From positions 40,610,001-40,674,000 of the forward strand of contig OZ024748.1 in assembly GCA_964016885.1 (NCBI GenBank): 64,000 nucleotides of DNA, given 5' to 3'. Below are positions 15,001-29,496 of the stretch, piece after piece. This stretch comes from Eledone cirrhosa. Its lineage: Eukaryota. Position numbers and translations under genes: made by a program. How positions within the stretch are numbered: the stretch's first letter is position 1; each line of letters begins with the position of its first letter. Below the pieces are notes generated by a model that saw nothing but the letters and a program-made list of their open reading frames with translations, was not told where the DNA came from and did no database searches.

Positions 15001-18000
15001 CAGGTCCTTATATTACTGGACTTCATGAGAGGTTACAGGTCCTTATATTACTGGACCTCGTCAGGAGTTACAGGTACTTATATTACTGGACTTCATCAGG
15101 AGTTACAGGTCCTTATGTTACTGGATTTTATCAGGAGTTACAGGTCCCTATATTACTGGACTTCATCAGAGGTTACAGGTCTTTATATTACTGGACTTCA
15201 TCAGAGGTTACAAGTCCCTATATTACTGGACTTCATCAGGAGTTACAGGTCCCTATATTACTGGACTTCCACAGAGGTTACATGTCCCTATATTACTGGA
15301 CTTCATCAGGAGATTCAGGTCCCTATATTGCTGGACTTCATCAGAGGTTACAGGTCCTTATATTACTGGACTTCATCAGAGGTTACAGGTCCTTATATTA
15401 CTGGACTTCATCAGCAGTTACAGGTCCTTATATTACTGGACTTCATCAGGAGTTACAGGTCCCTATATTACTGGACTTCATCAGAGGTTACAGGCCTCTA
15501 TATTACTGGATTTCATCAGAGGTTACAGGTCCTTATATTACTGGACTTCATCAGAGGTTACAGGTCCCTATATTACTGGACTTCTTCAGAGCTTACAGGT
15601 CCCTATATTACTGGACTTCATCAGAGGTTACATGTCCTTATATTACTGGACTTCATCACAGGTTACAGGTTCTTATATTACTGAACATCATCAGAGGTTA
15701 CAGGTCCTTATATTACTGGGCTTCATCAGGAGTTACAGGTCCCTATATTACTCGACTTCATCAGAGGTTACAGGTCCTTATATTACTCGACTTCATCAGA
15801 GGTTACAGGTCCCTATATTACTAAACAACATCAGGAGTTACAGGTCCTTATATTACTGGACTTCATCAGAGGTTACAGGTCCTTATATTACTGTACTTCA
15901 TCAGGGGTTACAGGTCCTTATATTACTGGACTTCATCAGGCGTTACAGGTCCTTATTTTACTGGAATTCATCAGAGGTTACAGGTCCTTATATTACTGGA
16001 CTTCATCAGAGATTACAGGTCCCTATATTACAGGATTTCATCAGGAGTTACAGGCCCTTATATTACTGGGTTCATCAGAGGTTACAGGACCCTATATTAC
16101 TAGACTTCATCAGAGGTTCCAGGTCCTTATATTACTGGACTTCATCAGAGTTTACAGGTCCTTATATTACTGGACTTCATCAGGAGTCACAGGCCTTATA
16201 TTACTGGACTTCATCAGGAGTTACAGGTCTCTATATTACTGGACTTCATCAGAGGTAACAGGTTCTTATATTACTGGATATTATCAGAGGTTACAGGTCC
16301 TTATATTACTGGACTTCATCAGAGGTTACAGCTCGCTATATTACTAAACATCATCAGGAGTCCTTGTATTACTGGAATTCATCAGGAGATACAGGTCCAT
16401 ATATTACTGGACTTCATCAGAGGTACAGGTCCCTATACTACTGGACTTCATCAGGAGTTACAGGTCCCTATATGACTGGACTTCATCAGAGGTTACAGGT
16501 CCTTATATTACTAGACTTCATCAGAGGTTACATGTCCCTATATTACTGGAATTTATCAGGAGTTACAGGTCCTTATATTTCTGGACTTCATCAGAGGTTA
16601 CAGGTCCTTAAATTACTGGATTTCATCAGGACTTACAGGTCCTTATATTACTGGACTTCATCAGGAGTTACAGGTCTCTGTATTACTGGACTTCATCAGA
16701 GGTTACAGGTCCTCATATTACTGGACTTCATCAGAGGTTACAGGTCCTTATATTACTGGACTTCATCAGAGGTTACAGGTCCCTATATTACTGGACTTCA
16801 TCAGAGGTTACAGGTCCTTATATTACTGGTCTCATCAGGAGTTACAGGTCCCTATATTACTGGACTTCATCAGGAGTTACAGGTCCCTATATTACTGGAC
16901 TTCATCAGAGGTTAAAGGTCCTTATATTACTGGACTTCATCAGAGGTTACAGGTCCTTATATTACTGCACTTCATCAGAGGTTACAGGTCCCTATATTAC
17001 TGGACTTCATCAGATGTTACAGGTCCTTATATTACTGGACTTCCTCAGAGGTTACATGTCCCTATATTACTGGACTTCATCAAAGGTTACAGGTCCCTAT
17101 ATTACTGGACTTCATCAGAGGTTACAGGTCCTATATTACTGGACTTCATCAGGAGTTACAGGTCCCTATATTACTGGACTTCATCAGAGGTTACAGGTCC
17201 CTATATTACTCGAATTCATCAGAGGTTACAGGTCCTTATATTACTGGACTTCATCAGAGGTTACAGGTCCCTATATTACTAAACATCATCAGGAGTTACA
17301 GGTGCTTATATTACTGGGCTTCATCAGAGGTTACAGGTCCATATATTACTGGACTTCATCAGAGGTACAGGTCCCTATACTACTGGACTTCATCAGGCGT
17401 TACAGGTCCTTATTTTACTGGAATTCATCAGAGGTTACAGGTCCTTATATTACTGGACCTCATCGGAGATTACAGGTTCTTATATTACTGGACCTCATCG
17501 GAGGTTACAGGTCCCTATATTACTGTAGTTCATCAGGAGTTACAGGTCCGTATATTGCTGGACTTCATCAGAGGTTACTGGTCCTTATATTACTGGACTT
17601 CATCAGGAGATACAGGTCCCTATATTGCTGGATTTCATCAGAGGTTACAGGTCCTTATATTACTGGACTTTATCAGGAGTTATAGGTCCTTATATTACTG
17701 GACTTCATCAGAGGTTACAGGTCCCTATATTACTGGACTTCATCAGATAATACAGGTCCTTATATTACTGGACTTCATCAGGAGATACAGGTTCCTATAT
17801 TACTGGACTTCATCAGAGATTACAGGTCCCTATATTACTAAACATCATCAGGAGTTACAGGTCCTTATATTACTGGACTTCATCAGAGGTACAGGTCCCT
17901 GTACTACTGGAGTTCATCAGGAGTTACAGGTCCCTATATTACTGGACTTCATCAGAGGTTACAGGTCCTTATATTACTGGACTTCATCAGAGGTTACAGG

Positions 18001-21000
18001 TCCCTATATTACTGGAGTTTATCAGGAGTTACAGGTCCTTATATTTCTGGACTTCATCAGAAGTTAGAGGTCCTTAAATTACTGGATTTCATCAGGACTT
18101 GCAGGTCCTTATATTACTGGACTTCATCAGGAGATACAGGTCCCTATATTGCTGGACTTCATCAGAGGTTACAGGTCCTTATATTACTGGACTTCATCAG
18201 AGGTTACAGGTCCTTATATTACTGGACTTCATCAGGCGTCACAGTTCCTTATTTTACTGGACTTCATCATAGCTTACAGGTCCTTATATTATCGGACTTC
18301 ATCAGAGATTACAGGTCCCTATATTACTGCACTTCATCAGGAGTTACAGGCCCTTATGTTACTGGACATCGTCAGAGGTTACATGTCCTTATATTGCTGG
18401 ACTTCATCAGAGGTTACAGGTCCTTATATTACTGGACTTCATCAGAGGTTGTAGGTACTTATATTACTGGACTTCATCAACAGTTACAGGTCCCTATATT
18501 ACTGGACTTCATCAATGGTTACAGGTCCTTATATTACTGGACTTCATCAGGAGTTACAGGTCCCTGTATTACTGGACTTCATCAGATGTTACAGATCCCA
18601 AATTACTGGACTTCCTCAGAGGTTACAGGACCTTATATTACTGGACTTCATCAGGAGTTACAGGTCCCTATAGTACTGGACTTCATCAGGAGTTACAGGT
18701 CCCTATATTACTGGACTTCATCAGAGGTTACAGGTCCTTATATTACTGGACTTCATCAGAGGTTACAGGTCCTTATATTACTGGACTTCATCAGAGGTTA
18801 CAGGTCCCTATATTACTGGATTTCATCAGAGGTTACAGGTCCTTATATTACTGGTCTCATCAGGAGTGACAGATCCCTATATTACTGGACTTCATCAGGA
18901 GTTACAGGTTCCTATATTACTGGACTTCATCAGAGGTTACATGTCCTTATATTACTGGACTTCATCAGAGGTTACAGGTCCTTATATTACTGGACTTCAT
19001 CAGAGGTTACAGGTCCTTATATTACTGGACTTCATCAGAGGTTACAGGTCTTTATATTACTGGACTTCATCAGAGCTTACAGGTCCTTATATTACTGGAC
19101 TTCTTCAGAGGTTACAGTTCCCTATATTACTGGACTTCATCAGAGGTTACAGGTCCTTATATTACTGGACTTCATCAGAGGTTACAGGTCTCTATATTAC
19201 TGGACTTCCACAGAGGTTACATGTCCCTATATTAATGGAGTTAGCCAGGAGTTACAGGTCCTTATATTACTGGACTTCATCAGAGGTTACAGGTCTCTAT
19301 ATTACTGGACTTCCACAGAGGTTACATGTCCCTATATTAATGGAGTTAGCCAGGAGTTACAGGTCCTTATATTACTGGACTTCATCAGGAGTTACAGGTC
19401 CCTATATTACTGGACTTCATCAATGGTTACAGGTCCTTATATTACTGGACTTCATCAGGAGTTACAGGTCCCTGTATTACTGGACTTCATCAGAGGTTAC
19501 AGATCCCAAATTACTGGACTTCCTCAGAGGTTACAGGACCTTATATTACTGGACTTCATCAGGAGTTACAGGTCCCTATAGTACTGGACTTCATCAGGAG
19601 TTACAGGTCCCTATATTACTGGACTTCATCAGAGGTTACAGGTCCTTATATTACTGGACTTCATCAGAGGTTACAGGTCCTTATATTACTGGACTTCGTC
19701 AGGTGTTACAGGTTCTTATATTACTGGACTTCATCAGAGATTACAGGTCCCTATATTACTGGTCTTATCAGGGCTTACAGGTCCTTATATTACTGGACTT
19801 CATCAGGAGTTACAGGTTCTTATATTAATGGACTTCATCAACGGTTACAGGTCCTTATATTACTGGACTTCATCAGGAGTTACAGGTCCTTATATTACTG
19901 GACTCCATGAGAGGTTACAGGTCCTTATATTATTAGACTTCATCAGGAGATACAGGTCCCTATATTGCTGGACATCATCAGATGTTACAGGTCCTTATAT
20001 TACTGGACTTCATCAGAGGTTACAGGTCCTTATATTACTGGACTTCATCAGAGGTTACAGGTCCCTATATTACTGGACTTCATCAGAAGTTACAGGTCCT
20101 TATATTACTGGTCTCATCAGGAGTTACAGGTCCCTATATTACTGGACTTCATCAGGAGTTACAGGTCCCTATATTACTGGACTTCATCAGAGGTTACAGG
20201 TCCTTATATTACTGGACTTCATCAGAGGTTACAGGTCCTTATATTATTGGACTTCATCAGGAGATACAGGTCCCTATATTGCTGGACTTCATCAGAGGTT
20301 ACAGGTCCTTATATTACTGGACTTCATCAGGAGTTACAGGTCCTTATATTACTGGACTTCATCAGGAGTTACAGGTCCCTATATTACTGGACTTCATCAG
20401 GAGTTACAGGTCCCTGTATTACTGGACTTCATCAGAGGTTACAGGTCCCTATATTACTGGACTTCCTCAGAGGTTACAGGACCTTATTTTACTGGACTTC
20501 ATCAGGAGTTACAGGTCCCTATATTACTGGACTTCATCTGGAGTTACAGGTCCCTATATTACTGGACTTCATCAGAGGTTACAGGTCCTTATATTACTGG
20601 ACTTCATCAGAGGTTACAGGTCCTTATATTACTGGACTTCATCAGAGGTTACAGGTCCCTATATTACTGGACTTCATCAGAGGTTACAGGTCCTTATATT
20701 ACTGGTCTCATCAGGAGTTACAGGTCCCTATATTACTGGACTTCATCAGGAGTTACAGGTCCCTATATTACTGGACTTCATCAGAGGTTACAGGTCCTTA
20801 TATTATTGGACTTCATCAGAGGTTACAGGTCCTTATATTACTGGACTTCATCAGAGATTACAGGTACTTATATTACTGGACTTCATCAGAGGTTACAGGC
20901 CCTTATATTACTGCACTTCATCAGAGGTTACAGGTCCCTATATTACTGGACTTCATCAGACGTTTCAGGTCCTTATATTACTGGACTTCATCAGAGGTTA

Positions 21001-24000
21001 CATGTCCCTATATTACTGGACTTCATCAAAGGTTACAGGTCCCTATATTACTGGACTTCATCAGAGGTTACATGTCCTATATTACTGGACTTCATCAGAG
21101 CTTACAGGTCCTTATATTACTGGACATCATCAGGAGTTACAGGTCCCTATATTACTGGACTTCATCAGAGGTTACAGGTCCCTATATTACTGGACTTCAT
21201 CAGAGGTTACAGGTCCCTATATTACTGGACTTCCATCAGAGGTAACAGGTCCCTATATTACTGGACTTCATGAGAGTTTACAGGTCCCTATATTACTGGA
21301 CTTCATCAGAGGTTACAGGTCCCAATATTACTGGACTTCCACAGAGGTTACATGTCCCTATATTAATGGAGTTAACCAGGAGTTACAGGTCCTTATATTA
21401 CTGGACTTAATCAGGAGTAACAGATCCTTATATTACTGGACTTCATCAGAGGTTACAGGTCCTTATATTACTGGACTTCATCAGAGGTTACAGGTCCTTA
21501 TATTACTGGACTTCATCAGGTGTTACAGGTTCTTATATTACTGGACTTAATCAGACGTTACAGGTCCCTATATTACTGGTCTCATCAGGGGTTACAGGTC
21601 CTTATATTACTGGACTTCATCAGAGGTTACAGGTCCTTATATTAATGGACTTCATCAGAGGTTACAGGTCCTTATATTACTGGACTTCATCAGGAGTTAC
21701 AGGTCCTTATATTACTGGACTTCATCAGAGGTTACAGGTCCTTATATTACTGGACTTCCTCAGGAGATACAGGTCCCTATATTACTGGACTTCATCAGAG
21801 GTAACAGGTTCTTATATTACTGAACATCATCAGAGGTTACAGGTCCTTATATTACTGGGCTTCATCAGGAGTTACAGGTCCCTATATTACTCGACTTCAT
21901 CAGAGGTTACAGGTCTTATATTACTTGACATCATCAGAGGTTACAGGTCCCTATATTACTAAACATCATCAGGTGTTACAGGTCCTTATATTACTGGACT
22001 TCATCAGAAGTTACAGGTCCTTATATTACTGTACTTCATCAGAGGTTACAGGTCCTTATATGACTGGACTTCAGGCGTTACAGGTCCTTATTTTACTGGA
22101 ATTCATCAGAGGGTACAGGTCCTTATATTACTGGACTTCATCAGAGATTACAGGTCCCTATATTACAGGATTTCATCAGGAGTTACAGGCCCTTATATTA
22201 CTGGGTTCATCAGAGGTTACAGGACCCTATATTACTGGACTTTATCAGAGGTTCCAGGTCCTTATATTACTGGACTTCATTAGAGTTTACAGGTCCTTAT
22301 ATTACTGGACTTCATCAGGAGTCACAGGCCTTATATTACTGGACTTCATCAGGAGTTACAGGTCCCTATATTACTGGACTTCATCAGAGGTGACAGGTCC
22401 CTATATTACTGGACTTCATCAGAGGTTACAGGTCCTTATATTTCTGGAGTTTATCAGAGGTTACAGGTCCCTATATTACTGGTCTCATCAGGGGTTACAG
22501 GTCCTTATATTACTGGACTTCATCAGAGGTTACAGGTCCTTATATTACTGGACTTCATCAGGAGTTACAGGTTCTTATATTACTGGACTTCATCAGAGGT
22601 TACAGGTCCTTATATTACTGGACTTCATCAGGAGTTACAGGTCCCTATATTACTGGACTTCATCAGGATTTACAGGTCCTTATATTACTGGACTTCATCA
22701 GAGGTTGCAGGTCCTTATATTACTGGATTTCATCAGGAGTTACAGGTCCTTATATTACTGGACTTCCTCAGGAGTTACAGGTCCTTATATTCCTGGACTT
22801 CATCAGAGGTTACAGGTCCTTATATTACTGGACTTCCTCAGGAGTTACAGGTCTCTATATTACTGGATTTCATCAGAGGTTACAGGTCCTTATATTACTG
22901 GACTTCATCAGCAGTTACAGGTCCTTATATTACTGGACTTCATCAGGAGTTACAGGTCCCTATATTACTGGACTTCATCAATGGTTACAGGTCCTTATAT
23001 TACTGGACTTAACAGGAGTTACATGTCCATATATTACTGGACTTCATCAGGAGTTACCGGTCCCTATATTACTGGACTTCCTGAGGCGTTACATGTCCCT
23101 ATATTACTGGACTTCATCAGAGGTTACAGGTCCTTATATTACTGGACTTCATCAGGAGTTACAGGTCCCTATATTACTGGACTTCATCAGAGGTTACAGG
23201 TTCCTATATTACTGCACTTCATCAGAGGATACAGGTCCCTATATTACTGGACTTCATCAGATGTTACAGGACCTTATATTACTGGACTTCATCAGAGGTT
23301 ACAGTTCCTCATCTTACTGGACTTCATCAGAGGTTACTGGTCCTTATATTACTGGACTTCATTGGAGGTTACAGGTCTTATATTACTGGACTTCACCAGA
23401 GGTTACAGGTCCTTATATTACTGGAATTCATCAGAGGTTACAGGTCCCTATATTACTGGACTTCATGAGAGGTTACAGATCCCTATATTACTAGAGTTCA
23501 TCAGGAGTTACAGGTACTTATATTACTGGACTTCATCAGAGGCTACAGGTCCCTATATTACTGGACTTCATCAGAGGTTATAGGTCTTTATATTACTGGA
23601 CTTCATCAGAGGTTACAAGTCCCTATATTACTGGACTTCATCAGGAGTTACAGGTCCCTATATTACTGGACTTCATCAGAGGTTACAGGTCCCTATATTA
23701 CCGGACTTCATCAGGAGTTACAGGTCCCTATATTACTGGACTTCATCAGGAGTTACAGGTCCCAATATTACTGGACTTCATCAGAAGCTACAGGTCCCTA
23801 TATTACTGGACTTCATCAGGAGTTACAGGTCCCTATATTACTGGACTTCATCAGAGGTTACAGGTCCCTATATTACTGGACTTCATCAGAGGTTACAGGT
23901 CCTTATATTACTGGACTTCATCAGGAGTTACAGGTCCCTGTATTACTGGACTTCATCAGAGGTTACAGGTCCCTATATTACTGGACTTCCTCAGAGGTTA

Positions 24001-26232
24001 CAGGACCTTATATTACTGGACTTCATCAGGAGTTACAGGTCCCTATATTACTGGACTTCATCAGGAGTTACAGGTCCCTATATTACTGGACTTCATCAGA
24101 GGTTACAGGTCCCTATATTACTGGACTTCCATCAGAGGTAACAGGTCCCAATATTACTGGACTTCCACAGAGGTTACATGTCCCTATATTAATGGAGTTA
24201 ACCAGGAGTTACAGGTCCTTATATTACTGGACTTAATCAGGAGTAACAGATCCTTATATTACTGGACTTCATCAGAGGTTACAGGTCCTTATATTACTGG
24301 ACTTCGTCAGGTGTTACAGGTTCTTATATTACTGGACTTCATCAGACGTTACAGGTCCCTATATTACTGGTCTCATCAGGGGTTACAGGTCCTTATATTA
24401 CTGGACTTCATCAGAGGTTACAGGTCCTTATATTACTGGACTTCATCAGGAGTTACAGGTCCTTATATTACTGGACTTCATCAGGAGTTACAGGTCCCTA
24501 TATTACTGGACTTCATCAGAGGTTACAGGTCCTTATATTACTGGACTTCATCAGGAGTTACAGGTCCCTATATTACTGGACTTCATCAGGATTTACAGGT
24601 CCTTATATTACTGGACTTCATCAGAGGTTACAGGTCCTTATATTACTGAACTTCATCAGGAGTTACAGGTCCTTATATTACTGGACTTCCTCAGGAGTTA
24701 CAGGTCCTTATATTACTGGACTTCATCAGAGGTTACAGGTCCTTATATTACTGGACTTCCTCAGGAGTTACAGGTCTCTATATTACTGGATTTCATCAGA
24801 GGTTACAGGTCCTTATATTACTGGACTTCATCAGCAGTTACAGGTCCTTATATTACTGGACTTCATCAGGAGTTACAGGTCCCTATATTACTGGACTTCA
24901 TCAATGGTTACAGGTCCTTATATTACTGGACTTCAACAGGAGTTACATGTCCATATATTACTGGACTTCATCAGGAGTTACCGGTCCCTATATTACTGGA
25001 CTGCATGAGGCGTTACAGGTCCCTATATTACTAGACTTCATCAGAGGTTACAGGTCATTATATTACTGGACTTCATCAGGTGTTACAGGTCCCTATATTA
25101 CTGGACTTCATCAGAGGTTACAGGTCCCTATATTACTGCACTTCATCAGAGGATACAGGTCCCTATATTACTGGACTTCATCAGATGTTACAGGTCCTTA
25201 TATTACTGGACTTCATCAAAGGTTACAGTTCCTCATCTTACTGGACTTCATCAGAGGTTACTGGTCCTTATATTACTGGACTTCATTGGAGGTTACAGGT
25301 CTTATATTACTGGACTTCACCAGAGGTTACAGGTCCTTATATTACTGGAATTCATCAGAGGTTACAGGTCCTTATATTACTGGACTTCATCAGAGGTTAC
25401 AGATCCCTATATTACTAGAGTTCATCAGGAGTTACAGGTCCTTATATTACTGGACTTCATCAGAGGCTACAGGTCCCTATATTACTGGACTTCATCAGAG
25501 GTTATAGGTCTTTATATTACTGGACTTCATCAGAGGTTACAAGTCCCTATATTACTGGGCTTCATCAGGAGTTACAGGTCCCTATATTACTGGACTTCAT
25601 CAGAGGTTACAGGTCCCTATATTACCGGACTTCATCAGGAGTTACAGGTCCCTATATTACTGGACTTCATCAGGAGTTACAGGTCCCAATATTACTGGAC
25701 TTCATCAGAAGCTACAGGTCCCTATATTACTGGACTTCATCAGGAGTTACAGGTCCCTATATTACTGGACTTCATCAGAGGTTACAGGTCCCTATATTAC
25801 TGGACTTCATCAGAGGTTACTGGTCCTTCTATTACTGGACTTCATCAGGAGTTACAGGTCCCTGTATTACTGGACTTCATCAGAGGTTACAGGTCCCTAT
25901 ATTACTGGACTTCCTCAGAGGTTACAGGACCTTATATTACTGGACTTCATCAGGTGTTACAGGTCCCTATATTACTGGACTTCATCAGGAGTTACAGGTC
26001 CCTATATTACTGGACTTCATCAGAGGTTACAGGTCCTTATATTACTGGACTTCATCAGAGGTTACAGGTCCTTATATTACTGGACTTCATCAGAGGTTAC
26101 AGGTCCCTATATTACTGGACTTCATCAGAGGTTACAGGTCCCTATATTACTGCACTTCATCAGGAGTTACAGGTCCCTATATAACTGGACTTCATCAGAG
26201 GTTACAGGTCCCTATATTACTGGACTTCATCA
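1..26232. repeat. 35-bp tandem satellite, about 750 monomers in the window, open at the left edge
   Basis: Consensus GGTTACAGGTCC(T/C)TATATTACTGGACTTCATCAGA with a frequent CAGGAG/CAGAGG variant; period 35 counted directly; ends abruptly near 26232. Confidence 0.99.
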
Positions 26233-26564
26233 TGTCCTTAGATATATTACACGATTTCATTAAGAAGACGAAGGACAAGGAGTATAAGTAGTAATGTGTT
26301 GAGTGATTGTCTTAGGAACCGTCAACCTAGTTCAAGATTTAAGCAATACAAAGTATATTAGTCTATAATTAAAGTAAATAACACAATCTAATCCTTTTGT
26401 GATTAACTAATTACAAAAGTTAATCTTATTATTTGATAATTACTCCAGCCAATCAAGCAATCTTATAATTTACTAATTAAGGTGATTAAACATTATTAAA
26501 TGAAAAGAGTCGTTAATTGAAGGTTTTAGAGAGCTGCTCCTATGTCATAATCACACAGGAAAGA

Positions 26565-26813
26565 AGGTTGGTGGATTGGCAGAATCAGTAGAGCACCAGA
26601 GAAAATACTTTCTGCTGTTTCTTACATCTTTAACATTTCAATCCCACTGGGATCAACTTTGCTTTTCATCCTTCCAGAGACAATAAAATAAAGTACCAGT
26701 CATGCACTGGGGTTGATTTGATTAACTTTGCCTTTCAACCTTCCAGGATCAATACAAGAAAGTACCAGTGATGTACTGAGGTTAATTTCATCAATTTTGC
26801 CCCCCCCCCCCCC
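26565..26813 (+). mobile_element. Degenerate SINE (family A) with an internally duplicated 3' half, ending in a C-run
   Basis: GGTGGATTGGCAGAATC head and AACTTTGC(C/T)TTTCA..AAAGTACCAGT block present twice; matches copies at 42.6, 47, 58 and 60.3 kb. Confidence 0.75.
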
Positions 26814-29326
26814 TGTGGTGTGAGGGAAAGATATGGTGTGGGGTGTGGGAGAGATATGGTGTGGGGTGAGGAACAGATATGGTGTGGGGTGAGGGAGAGA
26901 TATGGTGTGGGGTGAGGGAGAGATATGGTGTGGGGTGGGGAAGAGATATTGTGTGGGGTGGGGGAGAGATATAGTGTGGGGTGGGGAAGAGATATGGTGT
27001 GGGGTGAGGGAGAGATATGGTGTGGGGTGGGGAAGAGATATGGTGTGGGGTGGGGGAGAGATATGGTGTGGGGTGGGGAAGAGATATGGTGTGGGGTGGG
27101 GGAGAGATATAGTGTGGGGTGAGGGAGAGATATGGTGTGGGGTGGGGATATAGTGTGGGGTGGAGGAGAGATATGGTGTGGAGTGAGGAAGAGATATAGT
27201 GTGGGGTGGAGGAGAGATATGGTGGGGGTGGGGAAGAGATATGGTGTGGGGTGGGGGAGAGATATAGTGTGGGGTGGGGAAGAGATATGGTGTTAGGTGA
27301 GGGAGAGATATGGTGGGGGTGGAGAAGAGATATGGTGTGGGGTGGGGTTGGAGATATTTTGTGGGGTGGGGAAGAGATATGGTGTTAGGTGGGGGAGAGA
27401 TATGAGGTGGGGTGGGAGATATACATATTGTGGGGTGGGGTGGGGGAGATATAGTGTGGGGTGGAAGAGAGATATGGTGTGGAGTGAGGAAGAGATATAG
27501 TGTGGGGTGGAGGAGAGATATGGTGAGGGTGGGGAAGAGATATGGTGTGGGGTGGGGGAGAGATATAGTGTGGGGTGGGGAAGAGATATGGTGTGGGGTG
27601 GGGAAGAGATATGGTGTGGGGTGGGGATATAGTGTGGGGTGGAGGAGAGATATGGTGGGGGTGGGGAAGAGATATGGTGTGGGGTGGGGGAGAGATATAG
27701 TGTGGGTTGGGGAAGAGATATCGTGTGGGTGAGGGAGAGATATGGTGTGGGGTGAGGGAGAGATATGGTGTGGGGTGAGGGAGAGATATGGTGTGGGGTG
27801 GGGGAGAGATATAGTGTGGGTTGGGGAAGAGATATCGTGTGGGTGAGGGAGAGATATGGTGTGGGGTGAGGGAGAGATATGGTGTGGGGTGAGGGAGAGA
27901 TATGGTGTGGGGTGGGGGAGAGATATAGTGTGGAGTGAGGAAGAGATATAGTGTGGGGTGGAGGAGAGATATTGTGGGGGTGGGGAAGATATATGGTGTG
28001 GGGTGGGGGAGAGATATAGTGTGGGGTGGGGAAGAGATATGGTGTTAGGTGAGGGAGAGATATGGTGGGGGTGGAGAAGAGATATGGTGTGGGGTGGGGG
28101 AGAGATATAGTGTGGGGTGGGGAAGAGATATGGTGTTAGGTGGGGGAGAGATATGAGGTGGGGTGGGGAAGATATAGTGTGGGGTGGGGAAGAGATATGG
28201 TGTGGAGTGGGGGAGAGATATAGTGTGGGGTGGAGGAGAGATATGGTGTGGGGTGGGGGAGAGATATAGTGTGGGGTGGGAAGAGATATGGTGTGGGGTG
28301 GGGAAGAGATATGGTGTGGTATGAGGGAGAGATATGGTGTGGGGAAGAGATAAGGTGTGGGGTGGGGGAGAGATATAGTGTGGGGTGTGGAAGAGATATG
28401 GTGTGGAGTGGGGGAGAGATATGGTGTGGGGTGGGGAATAGATATAGTGTGGGGTAAGGGGGATATAGTTTGGGGTGGGGGAGAGATATAGTGTGTGTTG
28501 AGGGGGGATATAGTATGGGGTGGGGGAGAAATATAGTGTGGGGTAAGGGGGGATAGAGTCTGGGGTTGGGGAGAATTATATTGTGGGTTGAGGGGGATAT
28601 AGTCTGGGGTGGGGAGAGATATAGTGTGGGGTGAGGGAGAGATATGGTGAGGGGTGGGGGAGAGATATGGTGTGGGGTGGTGGAGAGATATAGTGTGGTG
28701 GGGAGAGATATAGTGTGGGGTGAGGGAGAGATATGGTGTGGAGTGGGGGAGAGATATGGTGAAGGGTGGGGGAGATATATGGTGTGGGGTGGTGGAGAGA
28801 TATAGTGTGGAGGGGGGAGATATGGTGTGGGGTGGGGGATAGATATGGTGAGGGGTGGGGGAGTGATATGGTGTGGAGTGAGGGAGAGATATGGTGTGGG
28901 GTAGTGGAGAGATATAGTGTGGAGGGGGGAGATATGGTGTGGGGTGGGGGATAGATATGGTGAGGGGTGGGGGAGAGATATGGTGTGGGGGGGAGATATG
29001 GTGTGGGGTGGTGGAGAGATATAGTGTGGAGGGGGAGATATGGTGTGGGTGGGGGATAGATATGGTGAGGGGTGGGGGAAAGATATGGTGTGGAGTGAGG
29101 GAGAGATATGGTGTGGGGTGGAGGTAGATACATATTGTGGGATGGGGAAGAGATATAGTGTGTGGTGAGGGAGAGATAAAATGTGAAGTGGGGGGAGATA
29201 TGGTTTGGGGTGGGGGAGAGAATTGGTGAGGGGCAGGGGAGAGATATGGTGTGAAGTGAGGGGGAGATATGGTGTGGGGTGGAGGGAGAGATATGGTGTG
29301 TGGTGGGGAGAGATATAGTGTGGGTT
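26814..29326. repeat. G-rich ~21-22 bp degenerate minisatellite
   Basis: Unit approximately GTGGGGTGGGGGAGAGATAT(G/A)GT; + strand nearly free of C. Confidence 0.95.
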
Positions 29327-29496
29327 TTAACATTTACAGTGTCCATCAAATGTTAACCCTTTAGCATTTAAATCAGCCATCTCTGGCCAGAATTCTCTCA
29401 CCTCTTTCTGTTTTAACCAGCTTTAACCAGCTGCTCATACTGATGTTAAAGTATTGTTCTCAAAATAAATAGCATCAAACTCTCATAAATTTGACA

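Noticed and set aside
268-26184. Dozens of long + strand ORFs as protein-coding genes
   Set aside because: They overlap in all three frames and are translations of the stop-free satellite.
1-26232. CRISPR array (35-bp repeat with internal palindrome)
   Set aside because: Monomers are contiguous with no unique spacers, no cas genes, eukaryotic context.
26700-29349. 877-aa Pro/His/Thr-rich extensin-like ORF
   Set aside because: Translation of the C-rich strand of a minisatellite; the repeat shifts frame freely.
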